Shown: one piece after another, positions 1 to 10,450 of the stretch
Position numbering within the stretch: position 1 is the first letter of the stretch
How the letters are laid out: each line of letters begins with the position of its first letter
NCBI GenBank assembly: GCA_964433085.1
Contig: CAYSQB010000005.1
Coordinates: 1 to 50,821 of the forward strand
DNA: 50,821 nucleotides
From: an uncultured bacterium
Lineage (GTDB): Bacteria; Fidelibacterota; Marinisomatia; Marinisomatales; AB-629-J13
Direction: 5' to 3'
Made by a program: the position numbers and the translations under genes
The notes under the pieces: model-generated
The model's database searches: none
What the model was told of the DNA's origin: nothing
What the model saw: only the letters and a program-made list of their open reading frames with translations

Positions 1-2
1 AT

Positions 3-239
3 CCCAATCCATTTAACCCCAAAACCGTTATTGCCTATGAACTGGAAGATATGCGTGAGCTGTCTATCAGTATTGTTGATGTACATGGTAGGCAGGTAAC
101 GGAACTGTACAGCGGGCTTCAGGCTCAAGGTTTTCATGAATTTACCTGGCAGCCCAAAGATATATCAGCGGGTATTTATTTTTGTCACCTTACCAGCGGT
201 GGAAACACCATCACAAGAAAGCTGGTATTGCTGAAATAG
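3..239 (+). CDS. C-terminal part of a secreted protein with a T9SS type A sorting / FlgD-Ig-like C-terminal domain (5' truncated by window edge)
   Basis: Frame is open from position 3: PNPFNPKTVIAYEL...IVDVHGRQV..L..G.Q..G.H...W......AGIYFCHL.....TRKLVLLK*, the typical (Y)PNPFNP...GxY...K signature. Confidence 0.85.
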   Translation, partial: PNPFNPKTVIAYELEDMRELSISIVDVHGRQVTELYSGLQAQGFHEFTWQPKDISAGIYFCHLTSGGNTITRKLVLLK

Positions 240-390
240 CGTATTAAGTGTTTTATCTACCTCTAAACGATAAGTTGTTGTTTAAAGGTAATTCGCTTTA
301 TGTACAGGCTGGTTTTGGCCGAAAGATATTGTAAGAAAACCCCTTGGTGATTCACAGATAGTTTTTCTTTTATCCGCTCCTTGTTAGAGT

Positions 391-1218
391 TTAGTCCTTT
401 TTTTTCTCCCTTGAGATATCCCTGCTGGCTGAATACAACCGTGATTTTTCAGAATCTGTAAGTCCATCGTATCCTACCTGGTTAATACGGTCGAGGATGT
501 GATCTACATCTTTCTGGAGCATTTTCTTTTTATACTGACGGTTCTCTTCACGTTTTAATTTTTTCTCCAGGATGTGTTTTCTCATTGAAAAAACCATTTT
601 TTTCCACTGGCTATTGAAATGCAAATAAGCAAAGCCAATGATCATCCCTGATAGATGAGTTAAATGGCTGATATTCGAATGGCTTCCTAATGAGGAGAAA
701 AATGCGATTCCCCCCAAGATCATGACAAAGTATTTTACTCTTACGGGAAACAGGAAATAAATATAAACAATTCGATTTGGAAACATAAGGCCATAGGCCG
801 TTAAAATACCATAAACAGCTCCACTGGCACCTATTAAATATGCAGACGATGATGCAAATGATTGAAAAACGAGCCACACCATCCCGGAGCCGATGCCGGT
901 AATAAGATAGTACTTTATAAATCCATATCTGCCCCAAATAGTTTCCAGTTCAGAACCAAACAAAAACAGAACAAGCATGTTGATTGCTACATGCCAAAAA
1001 TCTCCATGGACAAACATATAGGTTAAAGGCTGCCAAACAAGGGGCCAGACAGTTTCAGGAGACAGCCCGAGAATTTGGACTAGGTCCAGCTCTCCATAGG
1101 AAATGGTTTTAAAAACATACAGCAGTAGGTTTAGCCCAATGAGTACCTTAATTGCATCAGTAAAGTATCGGGGCTTCCAAAAAAACTGTCTCTGGTCAGA
1201 TTGGAATTGATATTTCAT
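391..1218 (-). CDS. Rhomboid family intramembrane serine protease with C-terminal soluble helical extension (DUF6576-like)
   Basis: WQPLTYMFVH, HVAINM, catalytic GASG, downstream HLSG, multiple TM segments; C-terminal VDHILDRINQVGYDGLTDSEK. Confidence 0.92.
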   Translation of the reverse strand: MKYQFQSDQRQFFWKPRYFTDAIKVLIGLNLLLYVFKTISYGELDLVQILGLSPETVWPLVWQPLTYMFVHGDFWHVAINMLVLFLFGSELETIWGRYGFIKYYLITGIGSGMVWLVFQSFASSSAYLIGASGAVYGILTAYGLMFPNRIVYIYFLFPVRVKYFVMILGGIAFFSSLGSHSNISHLTHLSGMIIGFAYLHFNSQWKKMVFSMRKHILEKKLKREENRQYKKKMLQKDVDHILDRINQVGYDGLTDSEKSRLYSASRDISREKKKD

Positions 1219-2072
1219 TGATTTTGATAGGTTAACTTACGAAACTGATAATAGTTGCATGGATTCATAAATGGGGTTGTGAGACTGGATGGAGCTTCTT
1301 TTACCAAAAGTTGGGGCATGGTAAACAAGGTCGATTTAAATTTTTTTATATTCAAACATATGGAGGCTGCGCTGATAAAAAAATCCCTTGGGAAAACACC
1401 CTTAATTTTTTTAAAACCATATTTTTTTAGTCCGTCACGCAATATGGTAGTACAACTTCGGTTAAAAAAATTAAAATCTTTGTATTTTTCAGGATTTTCA
1501 GGATGGGGGTCTGAGCGATGAATAACCTTGAGCTCTTCATTAAAAATTTTTGACAGAGAAGTTTCGTCAATTCCCTCAACCCGTAATACGTGAATCGTTC
1601 GCATGAAATTCCTTCCAAATTTATCATAATAATTTCTTCCGTTTTCATCTAGAGCGAACCTTCCCGTTGTAGGAGAAGGTGCAAACTCTCCAAGGGCAGG
1701 ACGAAAAAAATATTCTTCTGGTGTCATTATTTCATTTTCGTTCATGTAGTGGGAAAAATTAAATATATCTCCGCCAATATTGATAGCATTGTGTCCAAAA
1801 GCGGATGCAGTATATTTGACCAGTCTCTCATTATAATATAATTCTAAAAAGGGGACACTTTTTTTTTCTTTTTCTGGCCACAAAATATAGATGTACTTCC
1901 CGGTTTCATAATCTTTCTGAGGCAATCTTCGTGCATGAACGGTTTGGCCTTTCCAGTGTGTTACATATCCTTCCCAGATGTGTTCGTCTTTTAAATAGTC
2001 TTGGCCGGAGGGTCCTTTGAGAAATGCCTTATTTTTTTCTGTAGTTAATATCCCGGTGAAAGTTTCTTCCAT
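1215..2072 (-). CDS. Hypothetical protein, possible permuted papain-like (His before Cys; DUF4105/Lnb-like) fold
   Basis: 285-aa ORF tightly packed between recO and the rhomboid (4-nt overlap); FGHNAINI and FNFFNRSCTT motifs. Confidence 0.55.
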   Translation of the reverse strand: MEETFTGILTTEKNKAFLKGPSGQDYLKDEHIWEGYVTHWKGQTVHARRLPQKDYETGKYIYILWPEKEKKSVPFLELYYNERLVKYTASAFGHNAINIGGDIFNFSHYMNENEIMTPEEYFFRPALGEFAPSPTTGRFALDENGRNYYDKFGRNFMRTIHVLRVEGIDETSLSKIFNEELKVIHRSDPHPENPEKYKDFNFFNRSCTTILRDGLKKYGFKKIKGVFPRDFFISAASICLNIKKFKSTLFTMPQLLVKEAPSSLTTPFMNPCNYYQFRKLTYQNQ

Positions 2073-2074
2073 AA

Positions 2075-2761
2075 CTAAAAATTAAGTTTTTTCATAAATT
2101 CAAAAGAATGAAGGGGTCCAGAATAATCGAAATAATACCGTATATATCCTGTTAGAAATGCCCCAACTGTCTTACGATCTTTTGCCGTAATTGAGAGGTC
2201 TGGTATGGAATTTAAAGAGTGGTTTTGTAGGGCTTCCAGGATATCTCGGCTATTGGGAGAGCCATCGGGGTCCATGAACGTTGCTTCCGGGATTCTCTCC
2301 GTGGATAGGTTTGGTTTAAATCCCAAAAGAGTTAGCAGTTTCATTTCGTAATACCAAAAAAGAATGTTCAATCTGTTTTCTTGGGTATCCATTTTATGCA
2401 AAACGGATACCAATTCATCAAAAAGGTCTGGATGGGGGTCATTATTGATGGTTGCCTTATCTGTGATTTCCATTAATGCCAATCCGTATGACATATGTTT
2501 TAGATTGTTTTGATACTTTGACCAGATACGCTGATAGGTTACCTTTGAAGTGATCTGGATACTTCTTTTAGGTTTGAAATGATAAATAAGATCCAAATAA
2601 TTAATAGGCTGAAAAAAAGATATATAGTGAGGTTTTTTCTTTTTGGCTCCACGGACCATGACACTCACTTTCCCCTCCCCCCGCGTAAGACACCGTGCAA
2701 TCATGCTTGTTTCTCCAAACGGAAATCTTTTCAGCACCACTGCCTCAGTGTGCACAATCAT
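2075..2761 (-). CDS. recO: DNA repair protein RecO
   Basis: N-terminal TEAVVLKRFPFGETSMI..CLTR..GKVSVMVRGAKK OB fold; YEMKLLTLLGFKP. Confidence 0.92.
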   Translation of the reverse strand: MIVHTEAVVLKRFPFGETSMIARCLTRGEGKVSVMVRGAKKKKPHYISFFQPINYLDLIYHFKPKRSIQITSKVTYQRIWSKYQNNLKHMSYGLALMEITDKATINNDPHPDLFDELVSVLHKMDTQENRLNILFWYYEMKLLTLLGFKPNLSTERIPEATFMDPDGSPNSRDILEALQNHSLNSIPDLSITAKDRKTVGAFLTGYIRYYFDYSGPLHSFEFMKKLNF

Positions 2762-2767
2762 TGTTGT

Positions 2768-4234
2768 TTAATATGCTTTAGCAAATATCACTTCATATTT
2801 TGCGGGATTTCCACTGTAGACACAGGTTTTTCCGGATATATCGCCATCGGAAAGAATACATCGAATGGTTGCCTTTGTTTCTTCTTTTATCTTTAACTCA
2901 GTTTCAGCATCACCGTCCCATCCACACCGTACAAAACCGCCATTATTTTCAATAATAGATTCAAACTCACTGAATGAGTCGATTGTGTGGGTATTTTGTT
3001 CTCTGAAACTCAAGGCCTGCTGAAACAGATTATCCTGAATGTTCTCTAGTAGGTTCTCCGTTTTGGTCGCGACATTGTTTTTTGGTATGGCAATTTTGTC
3101 TCCTGTATCCCTTCTCACTAGCATCACCTGATTTTCTTCCACATCACGGGGCCCCACCTCCATTCGTATGGGGACTCCCTTCATTTCCCATTCATTAAAT
3201 TTAAAACCGGGAGAATTGGTGCTCCAGTCCTGATAAACTCTTATTTTTTTCTCACCGAATTCATTAAGAATAGTTTCAATAAATTGACTGATATTCTGTT
3301 TGTCTTCATCTGTTCTGCAAATAGGAACAATAACCACCTGATAGGGTGCGACCCGAGGAGGGAGACGAAGACCTTTATCATCTCCATGCATCATGATAAC
3401 AGCACCTATGAGACGGGTGCTCACCCCCCAGCTTGTGGCATATACAAATTCTTCCTGATTATCCTCTGTTTGATAGGTAACGTTAAAGGCTTTTGCAAAG
3501 TTTTGTCCGAGATTATGAGATGTGCCTGCCTGAAGGGCGCGCTTGTCGCCCATCATTGCTTCAATGCAATAGGTACGCTCCGCGCCGGCAAATTTCTCTG
3601 CATCTGATTTCAAACCGGTAAGAACAGGCATGGCAAGATATTCTTCTGCAAGTTTTTTGTAGAGGCCTAAAATTAACAATGTTTCTTTTTCTGCTTCTTC
3701 TTTAGTGGCGTGTGCGGTGTGTCCTTCCTGCCATAAGAATTCAGTTGTCCTCAAAAATAGTCTTGTGCGCATTTCCCAGCGAACCACATTTGCCCACTGG
3801 TTGATGAGCAATGGAAGATCTCTGTAAGATTGAATCCACTTTTTATACATGGACCAGATGACCGTTTCAGATGTGGGTCTGACTATAACTTCTTCTTCCA
3901 GCTTTGACTCTGGATCAACGATAAGGCCTTTCTCTCCTGCTTTCAATCTAGAATGGGTAACCACAGCACATTCTTTAGCAAAACCTTCCACATGATCTGC
4001 CTCCTGAGCCAAAAAAGATTTAGGAATAAACAGGGGAAAATAAGCGTTTACATGTCCAGTGTTTTTGATCATCTTATCAAGGGCATCCCGCAGATTTTCC
4101 CATAGAGAAAAGCCATAGGGTTTAATGACCATTGTCCCTTTGACAGGGCCGTAGTCTGCCAGCCCTGCGCGGGTGATTACATCTGTATACCAAGTGGAGA
4201 AATTTTGACTTCGGGGAGTAACTTTTTTAGACAT
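2768..4234 (-). CDS. proS: Proline--tRNA ligase (archaeal/eukaryote-like type)
   Basis: RPTSET, QWANVVRWE, FLRTTEFLWQEGHTAH, QAGTSHNLGQNF, C-terminal FAKAY. Confidence 0.98.
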   Translation of the reverse strand: MSKKVTPRSQNFSTWYTDVITRAGLADYGPVKGTMVIKPYGFSLWENLRDALDKMIKNTGHVNAYFPLFIPKSFLAQEADHVEGFAKECAVVTHSRLKAGEKGLIVDPESKLEEEVIVRPTSETVIWSMYKKWIQSYRDLPLLINQWANVVRWEMRTRLFLRTTEFLWQEGHTAHATKEEAEKETLLILGLYKKLAEEYLAMPVLTGLKSDAEKFAGAERTYCIEAMMGDKRALQAGTSHNLGQNFAKAFNVTYQTEDNQEEFVYATSWGVSTRLIGAVIMMHGDDKGLRLPPRVAPYQVVIVPICRTDEDKQNISQFIETILNEFGEKKIRVYQDWSTNSPGFKFNEWEMKGVPIRMEVGPRDVEENQVMLVRRDTGDKIAIPKNNVATKTENLLENIQDNLFQQALSFREQNTHTIDSFSEFESIIENNGGFVRCGWDGDAETELKIKEETKATIRCILSDGDISGKTCVYSGNPAKYEVIFAKAY

Positions 4235-4276
4235 AGATTATTTCTTGGATAAAAATGAGTAAAAACAATGGTTGAG

Positions 4277-4305
4277 AAATTACCGGCTCTGAATCAGGTT
4301 GACAA
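4277..4305 (-). promoter_or_regulatory. Putative sigma70 promoter for proS-recO unit (TTGTCA-N17-TAATTT)
   Basis: Minus strand reads TTGTCA acctgattcagagccgg TAATTT, about 40 nt upstream of the proS ATG. Confidence 0.6.
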
Positions 4306-4356
4306 ATAAAAAGGTATTAAGGGATTTAATGATAGAATTAATACTGAAGATATATT

Positions 4357-4713
4357 TTATTCCTCAGTTTTTTTTTCAATCACTCTAAACATTTTTTCCC
4401 CCGGCTTCACCATCCCATATTTTTCTCTTGCGAGTTTCATAAGATACTCATCATTGTGTTGTAAATTTTGTTTTTCATTTTCTAAATTTTGTATTTCAAG
4501 ACGTAATTCGGTAATAAGGTTTTGAGTTCTTTTTCGTTCTGAATTGATTTTTATTAGTTGATAAATACCATGGTCACCAAAGAAAAATATAATAACCAGT
4601 ATAACACTGGCCAGTAAAACAATCCCCCGTAAGATTCGTTTTTTTGCTGCTGTATTTTTCTGTCTGTAGCGAAGAGTTCTGGGGTTTTTCTTCGGTTTAT
4701 TATTTCGTCTCAT
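4357..4713 (-). CDS. ftsB: Septum formation initiator FtsB/DivIC family
   Basis: Basic N-terminus, one TM helix, FGDHG, coiled coil, [13 protein letters not shown]; directly after eno (conserved eno-ftsB order). Confidence 0.88.
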   Translation of the reverse strand: MRRNNKPKKNPRTLRYRQKNTAAKKRILRGIVLLASVILVIIFFFGDHGIYQLIKINSERKRTQNLITELRLEIQNLENEKQNLQHNDEYLMKLAREKYGMVKPGEKMFRVIEKKTEE

Positions 4714-5993
4714 GAATTCCCTAAAACAGATATATCTGGATAGCTTGCAATGCTTCCTAATTGCTCTTCAATTCTTAATAATTGATTATATTTACATAAT
4801 CGGTCTGTCCTTGAGGCTGAACCAGTTTTGATTTGTCCCATTCCCATTGCAACGGAAAAATCAGCGATGAAAGAGTCTTCTGTTTCTCCAGAGCGGTGGG
4901 ATATAATTGCACCAAAGTTATTTTTTCTTGCCATTTCTACTGCCTGTATTGTTTCAGTGACAGTGCCAATCTGATTTAATTTAATTAATATAGCATTCAT
5001 TGACCGTTCATCTACAGCACGCTGAAGATGATTTAAATTTGTCACTGTTAGGTCATCTCCCACAATTTGTATGTTGCTCCCTAATGTTTTATTTAGATAG
5101 CCCCACCCATCCCAGTCGTTTTCGTCTAGACCATCCTCAATGGAAACAATGGGATATTTTTTTACTAGGGTTTGCCAAAATTCTACCATTTCTTCTGCCG
5201 ATAAAGTAAGATTTTCTGAAGATAAATGATAAAGCCCCTCTTTATAAAATTCACTTGCTGCTGCATCAATGGCAAAAAAAACATCCTGCCCAACATTGTA
5301 CCCTGATTTATCAATGGCCTCTAAAATGACCTCAATAGCTTCTTCATTGGATCTAAGGTTTGGAGCAAAACCACCCTCATCTCCCACTGAGGTATTTAAT
5401 TCTCTTAATTTGAGGACACCTTTTAAGTGATGAAAAATTTCCGTTCCTATTCTCAATCCGTCACTGAAAGAATTTGTACCTAATGGATAAACCATAAATT
5501 CCTGAATGTCCACATTATTGTCTGCGTGGCTACCTCCATTTAGAATGTTCATCATGGGTGCAGGCATTAGCGAACTGCCGGGGTTAAGGTATTCCCATAG
5601 GGGTTTTTTCTCGTAGTTTGCCGCGGCCCTACACGCTGCCATGGATGCACCAAGAATTGCGTTTGCGCCAAGCAGACTTTTGTTTGGTGTCCCGTCTGCT
5701 TCAATTAAATTTTTGTCAATGGATATCTGATCAAGGGCGTTTTTACCTTTTACTGAGTCCCTTAAAACACCATTCACGTTTTGAATTGCTTTTAGAACAC
5801 CCTTCCCCATATATCTATCTGTGTTGCAATCCCGAAGTTCCACTGCCTCATGTTCACCGGTTGAAGCGCCAGATGGAACCGCTGCTCTTCCGTGGGAACC
5901 ATCCGCTAAGAACACATCAACCTCAACTGTGGGGTTTCCTCGAGAGTCCAGAATTTCTCTTCCGGTTATGGTAACTATAGATGAATCAGACAC
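4710..5993 (-). CDS. eno: Enolase
   Basis: [46 protein letters not shown]. Confidence 0.99.
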   Translation of the reverse strand: MSDSSIVTITGREILDSRGNPTVEVDVFLADGSHGRAAVPSGASTGEHEAVELRDCNTDRYMGKGVLKAIQNVNGVLRDSVKGKNALDQISIDKNLIEADGTPNKSLLGANAILGASMAACRAAANYEKKPLWEYLNPGSSLMPAPMMNILNGGSHADNNVDIQEFMVYPLGTNSFSDGLRIGTEIFHHLKGVLKLRELNTSVGDEGGFAPNLRSNEEAIEVILEAIDKSGYNVGQDVFFAIDAAASEFYKEGLYHLSSENLTLSAEEMVEFWQTLVKKYPIVSIEDGLDENDWDGWGYLNKTLGSNIQIVGDDLTVTNLNHLQRAVDERSMNAILIKLNQIGTVTETIQAVEMARKNNFGAIISHRSGETEDSFIADFSVAMGMGQIKTGSASRTDRLCKYNQLLRIEEQLGSIASYPDISVLGNS

Positions 5994-6063
5994 TTTCGTT
6001 TCACATGATTTTATTCAAATTAAAACGAGGAACAACGCTAGACAATACACATTATAAACTTAA

Positions 6064-6092
6064 TTGTACAAAAAAACCATAGCCCTTAATTT
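6064..6092 (+). promoter_or_regulatory. Putative sigma70 promoter of the glycan cluster (TTGTAC-N17-TAATTT), near-leaderless transcript
   Basis: TTGTAC 6064-6069, 17-nt spacer, TAATTT 6087-6092, ATG at 6102 with no Shine-Dalgarno. Confidence 0.5.
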
Positions 6093-6101
6093 TCTGATTG
6101 T

Positions 6102-7082
6102 ATGAATAGCAAATTAGAAGTTTATAGGTTTGGTGGACTTGAGTGTAAGGATTGGGATGATTTTGTAGATAAATCATACAATGGAACGATATTTCATACC
6201 CGCGGGTTTTTGAACTATCATCCACCAGATCGTTTTCAGGACCACAGCCTGTATTTCAAAAAAAGAGAGAAGCAGTACGCTATTTTCCCCGCAGCAAGTA
6301 TCAATGAAGAAAATGGCAACATCCTACACTCTCACCCAGGAGCAACGATTGGTAGTTTCGTTACAAATTCCTCTCCTTCATTAAAAGAATCATTTGATTT
6401 GGTCATCGCACTAGTAAAGTATGCTCGGGATGAAAACTTTTCAGGAATCAAGATTACCCTACCTCCAAATTGTTACAGTGAATCAATGTCAAATCATATG
6501 GAATTTGCATTGTTTAAAATGGGCTTTACCTACTTAAAGCGGGAGGTCTCCAGTGTCTTGTTATTACCAGATACGGCTGAGGAGATAGCGAAAGGGTTTA
6601 AACCATCTCACCGTCAGGCTGTACGAAAAGCAGAGAAAGAGGGGGTACAGATAAAGCAATCAACAAATTTCGAAATATTTTATAGAATATTAGAAAATAA
6701 TTTATCCAAACGGCATGGTGTTTCACCTACCCATAGTCTTAAAGAGTTAGAATTATTGCAGGCCATTTCCCCAAAAAAGATTATTTTGCACGGTGCATTT
6801 ACTAAAGATAAAATGATAGCAGGAGTAGTAAGTTTTATCTTGAATAAACGAGTACAGTTGGCATTTTACATTTCACATGATGAAAATTTTCAGGACAAAC
6901 GAGCACTAAATTTATTGTTTTTCACAATTTTTAAAGAAGCTATCAAAAGCGGGAAAAAGGTGTTTGATTTTGGTTTATTTACAGAAAATGGAGAACCCAA
7001 TTTTGGGTTGGCTCGTTTTAAGGAAAATTTTGGCGCTAGCGGAGTTTTTCGGGATACGCTGGAACTGGATCTGACTGAATAA
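6102..7082 (+). CDS. GNAT / FemAB-like acyl- or aminoacyl-transferase
   Basis: WDDFV..S.NGTIFH...FLNYH, RQAVRKAEKEGV, FDFG...GLARFKENFGA. Confidence 0.8.
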   Translation: MNSKLEVYRFGGLECKDWDDFVDKSYNGTIFHTRGFLNYHPPDRFQDHSLYFKKREKQYAIFPAASINEENGNILHSHPGATIGSFVTNSSPSLKESFDLVIALVKYARDENFSGIKITLPPNCYSESMSNHMEFALFKMGFTYLKREVSSVLLLPDTAEEIAKGFKPSHRQAVRKAEKEGVQIKQSTNFEIFYRILENNLSKRHGVSPTHSLKELELLQAISPKKIILHGAFTKDKMIAGVVSFILNKRVQLAFYISHDENFQDKRALNLLFFTIFKEAIKSGKKVFDFGLFTENGEPNFGLARFKENFGASGVFRDTLELDLTE

Positions 7083-8501
7083 ATGTCTATTCAAGCACTC
7101 GGGAAACAATCGCTGATTTATGGCTTTGGCCATATTCTAACCCGTCTGATTACATTTTTTCTTCTCCCACTTTATACACATATGTTTACACCAGAGGAGT
7201 ACGGGGTGGTTTCCCTGGTTTATGCTTTTATGGGATTGGCTTTGATTCTTTACCGTTATGGTATGGATTCAGCTCTCATGAAATATGCGGTACAAAAAGA
7301 AAGTCAGGAAAGGGGCGAATATATTTCTACGATTTATGGTTTACAGGTGATTAGCGGCGTGATTTTTTCCTGTATACTTTTCTTTTCTAAAAATATTATT
7401 GCAAAAACTGTTTTAGGTGTGGACCAACCCGAATGGATCGCTGTACTATCGGGGGTGTTACTACTGGATGCGCTTTGGAATCTGCCAGTATTGTTGCTTC
7501 GCACAGAAGAGAAGCCAGTGTCGTTTATTGCCTTTAATTTAATAAACGTTCTCTCCACGATGGGATTTAATATCTTTTTTGTAGTCATCCTCAAAATGGG
7601 TATTTTAGGGGTTCTTATTGCAAATCTGGGTGCCTCCAGTATAATGTTTATACTCTCATTACCAATCATTATGAAGCGTGTCAGTTTCAGCAGCATTCAG
7701 CCGGTAACACTTAAAATCGTGCTTAAGTTTTCGATCCCTTTTTTACCTGCCGGGATTTTTACAATGATCATGGAACTGGGAAATCGTTATTTACTATTTT
7801 GGATGGCTGGTACACAAGAAGTAGGGCTTTATTCAGCCGGATACAAACTGGGGATTTTTGGTTTAGTTGTAGTTATGGGATTCAACATGGGCTGGACACC
7901 CTATTTTCTAAAAAGGGGCAAGGAAGTCAATGCTAAAAAGGATTTCTCCCAAATAGCGACATTTTTTCTAGGATTGCTGGGCTTTGTTATTGTAGCAGTA
8001 AGTCTATGGGTTCCTGAAATAATGCGTTTTCCAATAGGTACAGGAACTTTGATCGGGAAACAATTTTGGTCTGCTGAAAATGTTATATTCTGTATTTTGT
8101 TTGCTTATTTCTTTTTTGGCACCTATGTGATCCAATTGCCCGGGATCTTCATGAGAGAGATAACGAATTGGATTCCTATATTTCGTGCAATAGGGGCCAC
8201 AGTAAATATTGCTCTGAATATTCTTTTAATTCCCAGATATGGAGTAATAGGATCTGCATGGGCCACAGTATTTGCCTTTCTATTTATGAGTTTGTCCGTT
8301 TTTATACGAAGCCATAAAATCTACCCAGTGCCTTATAATTGGTTTGCATGTCTCTATCCCGCAATTTTTATGGGGATTGTTTTTATAACGGGCGATAATG
8401 TTTGGGTTCGCTTGGCAATTACTTTTTTCTACCCCGCGGCATGGTTCCTATTTGTAATCAATGATGAAGAAAGGGCTGCTTTAAATAGCTTAATTTCATG
8501 A
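7083..8501 (+). CDS. Oligosaccharide flippase (Wzx/MOP family)
   Basis: LGKQSLIYGFG...LLPLYT..FTPEEYG, many TM helices, VGLYSAGYK, LNILLIPRYGVIGSAWAT. Confidence 0.9.
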   Translation: MSIQALGKQSLIYGFGHILTRLITFFLLPLYTHMFTPEEYGVVSLVYAFMGLALILYRYGMDSALMKYAVQKESQERGEYISTIYGLQVISGVIFSCILFFSKNIIAKTVLGVDQPEWIAVLSGVLLLDALWNLPVLLLRTEEKPVSFIAFNLINVLSTMGFNIFFVVILKMGILGVLIANLGASSIMFILSLPIIMKRVSFSSIQPVTLKIVLKFSIPFLPAGIFTMIMELGNRYLLFWMAGTQEVGLYSAGYKLGIFGLVVVMGFNMGWTPYFLKRGKEVNAKKDFSQIATFFLGLLGFVIVAVSLWVPEIMRFPIGTGTLIGKQFWSAENVIFCILFAYFFFGTYVIQLPGIFMREITNWIPIFRAIGATVNIALNILLIPRYGVIGSAWATVFAFLFMSLSVFIRSHKIYPVPYNWFACLYPAIFMGIVFITGDNVWVRLAITFFYPAAWFLFVINDEERAALNSLIS

Positions 8502-9604
8502 TTGTTGTTGTTTCCTGTCATCCTACTCCTGATGATGAACGCATCTATCATCGTCAAATAAAAACACTATTGGGTAATGGATATCCTATAACATATTTTA
8601 CGCGCTCTAAATCTGAATTGGACTTATCGGAATCAGGTCTAAAACATATAAATCTAAATACAAACCATTCGCTTAAATCTTATATGTCTGAAATATTAAA
8701 TCAACTAAATGTGGTCAATTCACCGTCGATTTTACATATACACGATCCCTATCTATTACGTCTAGCAAAGATTGTGAAAGATCGCTTTGGTACAAAAATT
8801 ATATATGATGTACATGAAGATTATCCAGCTATTATTGATACTTTTTCACGCTTGGGAAAATCACTAAAATTAATAAAAAAAATGAGGTGGTTACGCTATG
8901 AATCAACAATGTTATCCTTTGTAGACCATATAATTTTAGCAAGTCCGTTTATTGTAAATAGTGACTACAAAAAATTGGGTTTTCATCCTGTAGTGTTAGA
9001 AAATTTTCCATCTAAAGAGTTTTTTAATTCTGTTGATTTAGTCTCGGATAGAGGAAATAAAATCATTTATCACGGTCATCTTGGACCTGAGAGAGGTATT
9101 TCAATCTTAGTTGAAGCTATGGACCTTGTACGTGAAAGTATTCAAGACGCCACATTATCATTATTTGGGACTTTCCGGAGAAAACGCTATGAAAAGAAAT
9201 TAATGCATCAAATGAAAACACTATCCCTAGAAAAACATATAAAATGGGATGGACAACTGCCTCACTTTGAAATATGGCAGCACCTGGTTAAAAATAAAGT
9301 TGGCGTTATTCCCTTCAAGGATAATCCTCTTACGCAGATTGGTACGCCAACTAAATTGTTTGAATTTATGGCTGCTGGATGCCAGATTGTGTGTTCTGAT
9401 TTACCACCGATGACCCGGTATAAATCTGATGGGTTGATATTCGCAACGCCAGGAAATGTCAATAATTTGGGAATGCAATTAATTCATGCCTTGAAAAATC
9501 CCAATAAGAAGAAGATTATTGATAATTATGAAATCATAAATAATCAATATAATTGGGAAGCAATTAACAATAGACTAATTACCCTATACAAAAGATTACT
9601 TTAA
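8498..9604 (+). CDS. Glycosyltransferase family 4
   Basis: DERIYHRQ, IYDVHED, IYHGHLGPERG, PTKLFEFMAAGCQIVCSD. Confidence 0.88.
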   Translation: MIVVVSCHPTPDDERIYHRQIKTLLGNGYPITYFTRSKSELDLSESGLKHINLNTNHSLKSYMSEILNQLNVVNSPSILHIHDPYLLRLAKIVKDRFGTKIIYDVHEDYPAIIDTFSRLGKSLKLIKKMRWLRYESTMLSFVDHIILASPFIVNSDYKKLGFHPVVLENFPSKEFFNSVDLVSDRGNKIIYHGHLGPERGISILVEAMDLVRESIQDATLSLFGTFRRKRYEKKLMHQMKTLSLEKHIKWDGQLPHFEIWQHLVKNKVGVIPFKDNPLTQIGTPTKLFEFMAAGCQIVCSDLPPMTRYKSDGLIFATPGNVNNLGMQLIHALKNPNKKKIIDNYEIINNQYNWEAINNRLITLYKRLL

Positions 9605-9652
9605 TGAAGATTCTTTATAGCATCTATTATAATATAGTTAACGTATTGTTTT

Positions 9653-10450
9653 GTGAAAATAATCTCACAAAACCCAGGGGGAAGAAACGTGGAATTATTA
9701 TCGTTACTTCATAAACAGTTCAAATGCGCAAGTGAAAAAGATGTCGCTGATGCACGAAGGGAGTTTGAGTGGGGATTAGATTATTACCGTAACCGAATTG
9801 AGGCAATTGATTTTCATAATAATAATAACGTATTGGATGCCGCTTGCGGCTGCGGTCAATATTCCATTGCCTTGGCAGAGAAAAATCAATTTGTTACTGG
9901 GTTGGATATCAATCCTGGTTATATAGAAATATCACAACATATATCTTCTAAATTCAAGTTGCAGAATACTCGTTTTTTAGTGGGCAATCTTCATAGTATA
10001 CCATTTGCTAATGAATCATTTGATGCAATTTTTTGCTATAGTGCTTTAATGTATACCAGAGAAGATAGAGTAATATCAGAATTTGCCAGAGTATTACAAC
10101 CCGGCGGTAGTTTATATATTTGCAGTGATGGTGCAGGTTGGCCAATTTACAAGCTTGTGGTAGAAAGTTTTCGAAACAAGCGTTTTCGTTCCATAATTGG
10201 CAGTATACGACTTATATTAAATACGTCGATATATAATATACTATTATCTACAACGACTCATCACCGAACTTTTCTCCCCTATAGATTTTTAGCCAAATAC
10301 TTTCAAAAAAACAAATTAAAAATAGACTACTATGGACCTGAGGGAAGATATGGTAATCTTAATTATCAGCTATTTTCACCTAGAATAAATGAAACCTTTT
10401 TCGGATTGCCTTCTGATTTTGAAGTATTAGGCAAAAGGTTTAACAAGTGA
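9653..10450 (+). CDS. Class I SAM-dependent methyltransferase
   Basis: VLDAACGCG motif I, GLDIN, IPFANESFDAI, EFARVLQPGG. Confidence 0.88.
   Translation: MKIISQNPGGRNVELLSLLHKQFKCASEKDVADARREFEWGLDYYRNRIEAIDFHNNNNVLDAACGCGQYSIALAEKNQFVTGLDINPGYIEISQHISSKFKLQNTRFLVGNLHSIPFANESFDAIFCYSALMYTREDRVISEFARVLQPGGSLYICSDGAGWPIYKLVVESFRNKRFRSIIGSIRLILNTSIYNILLSTTTHHRTFLPYRFLAKYFQKNKLKIDYYGPEGRYGNLNYQLFSPRINETFFGLPSDFEVLGKRFNK

Noticed and set aside
1855-1875. Long T/A homopolymer runs as phase-variation tracts
   Set aside because: They encode Lys/Glu runs in intact frames and are common throughout this AT-rich sequence.
4299-4330. Perfect plus-strand TTGACA
   Set aside because: No -10 box at 16-18 nt and no plus-strand gene downstream; it overlaps the minus-strand -35 of proS.
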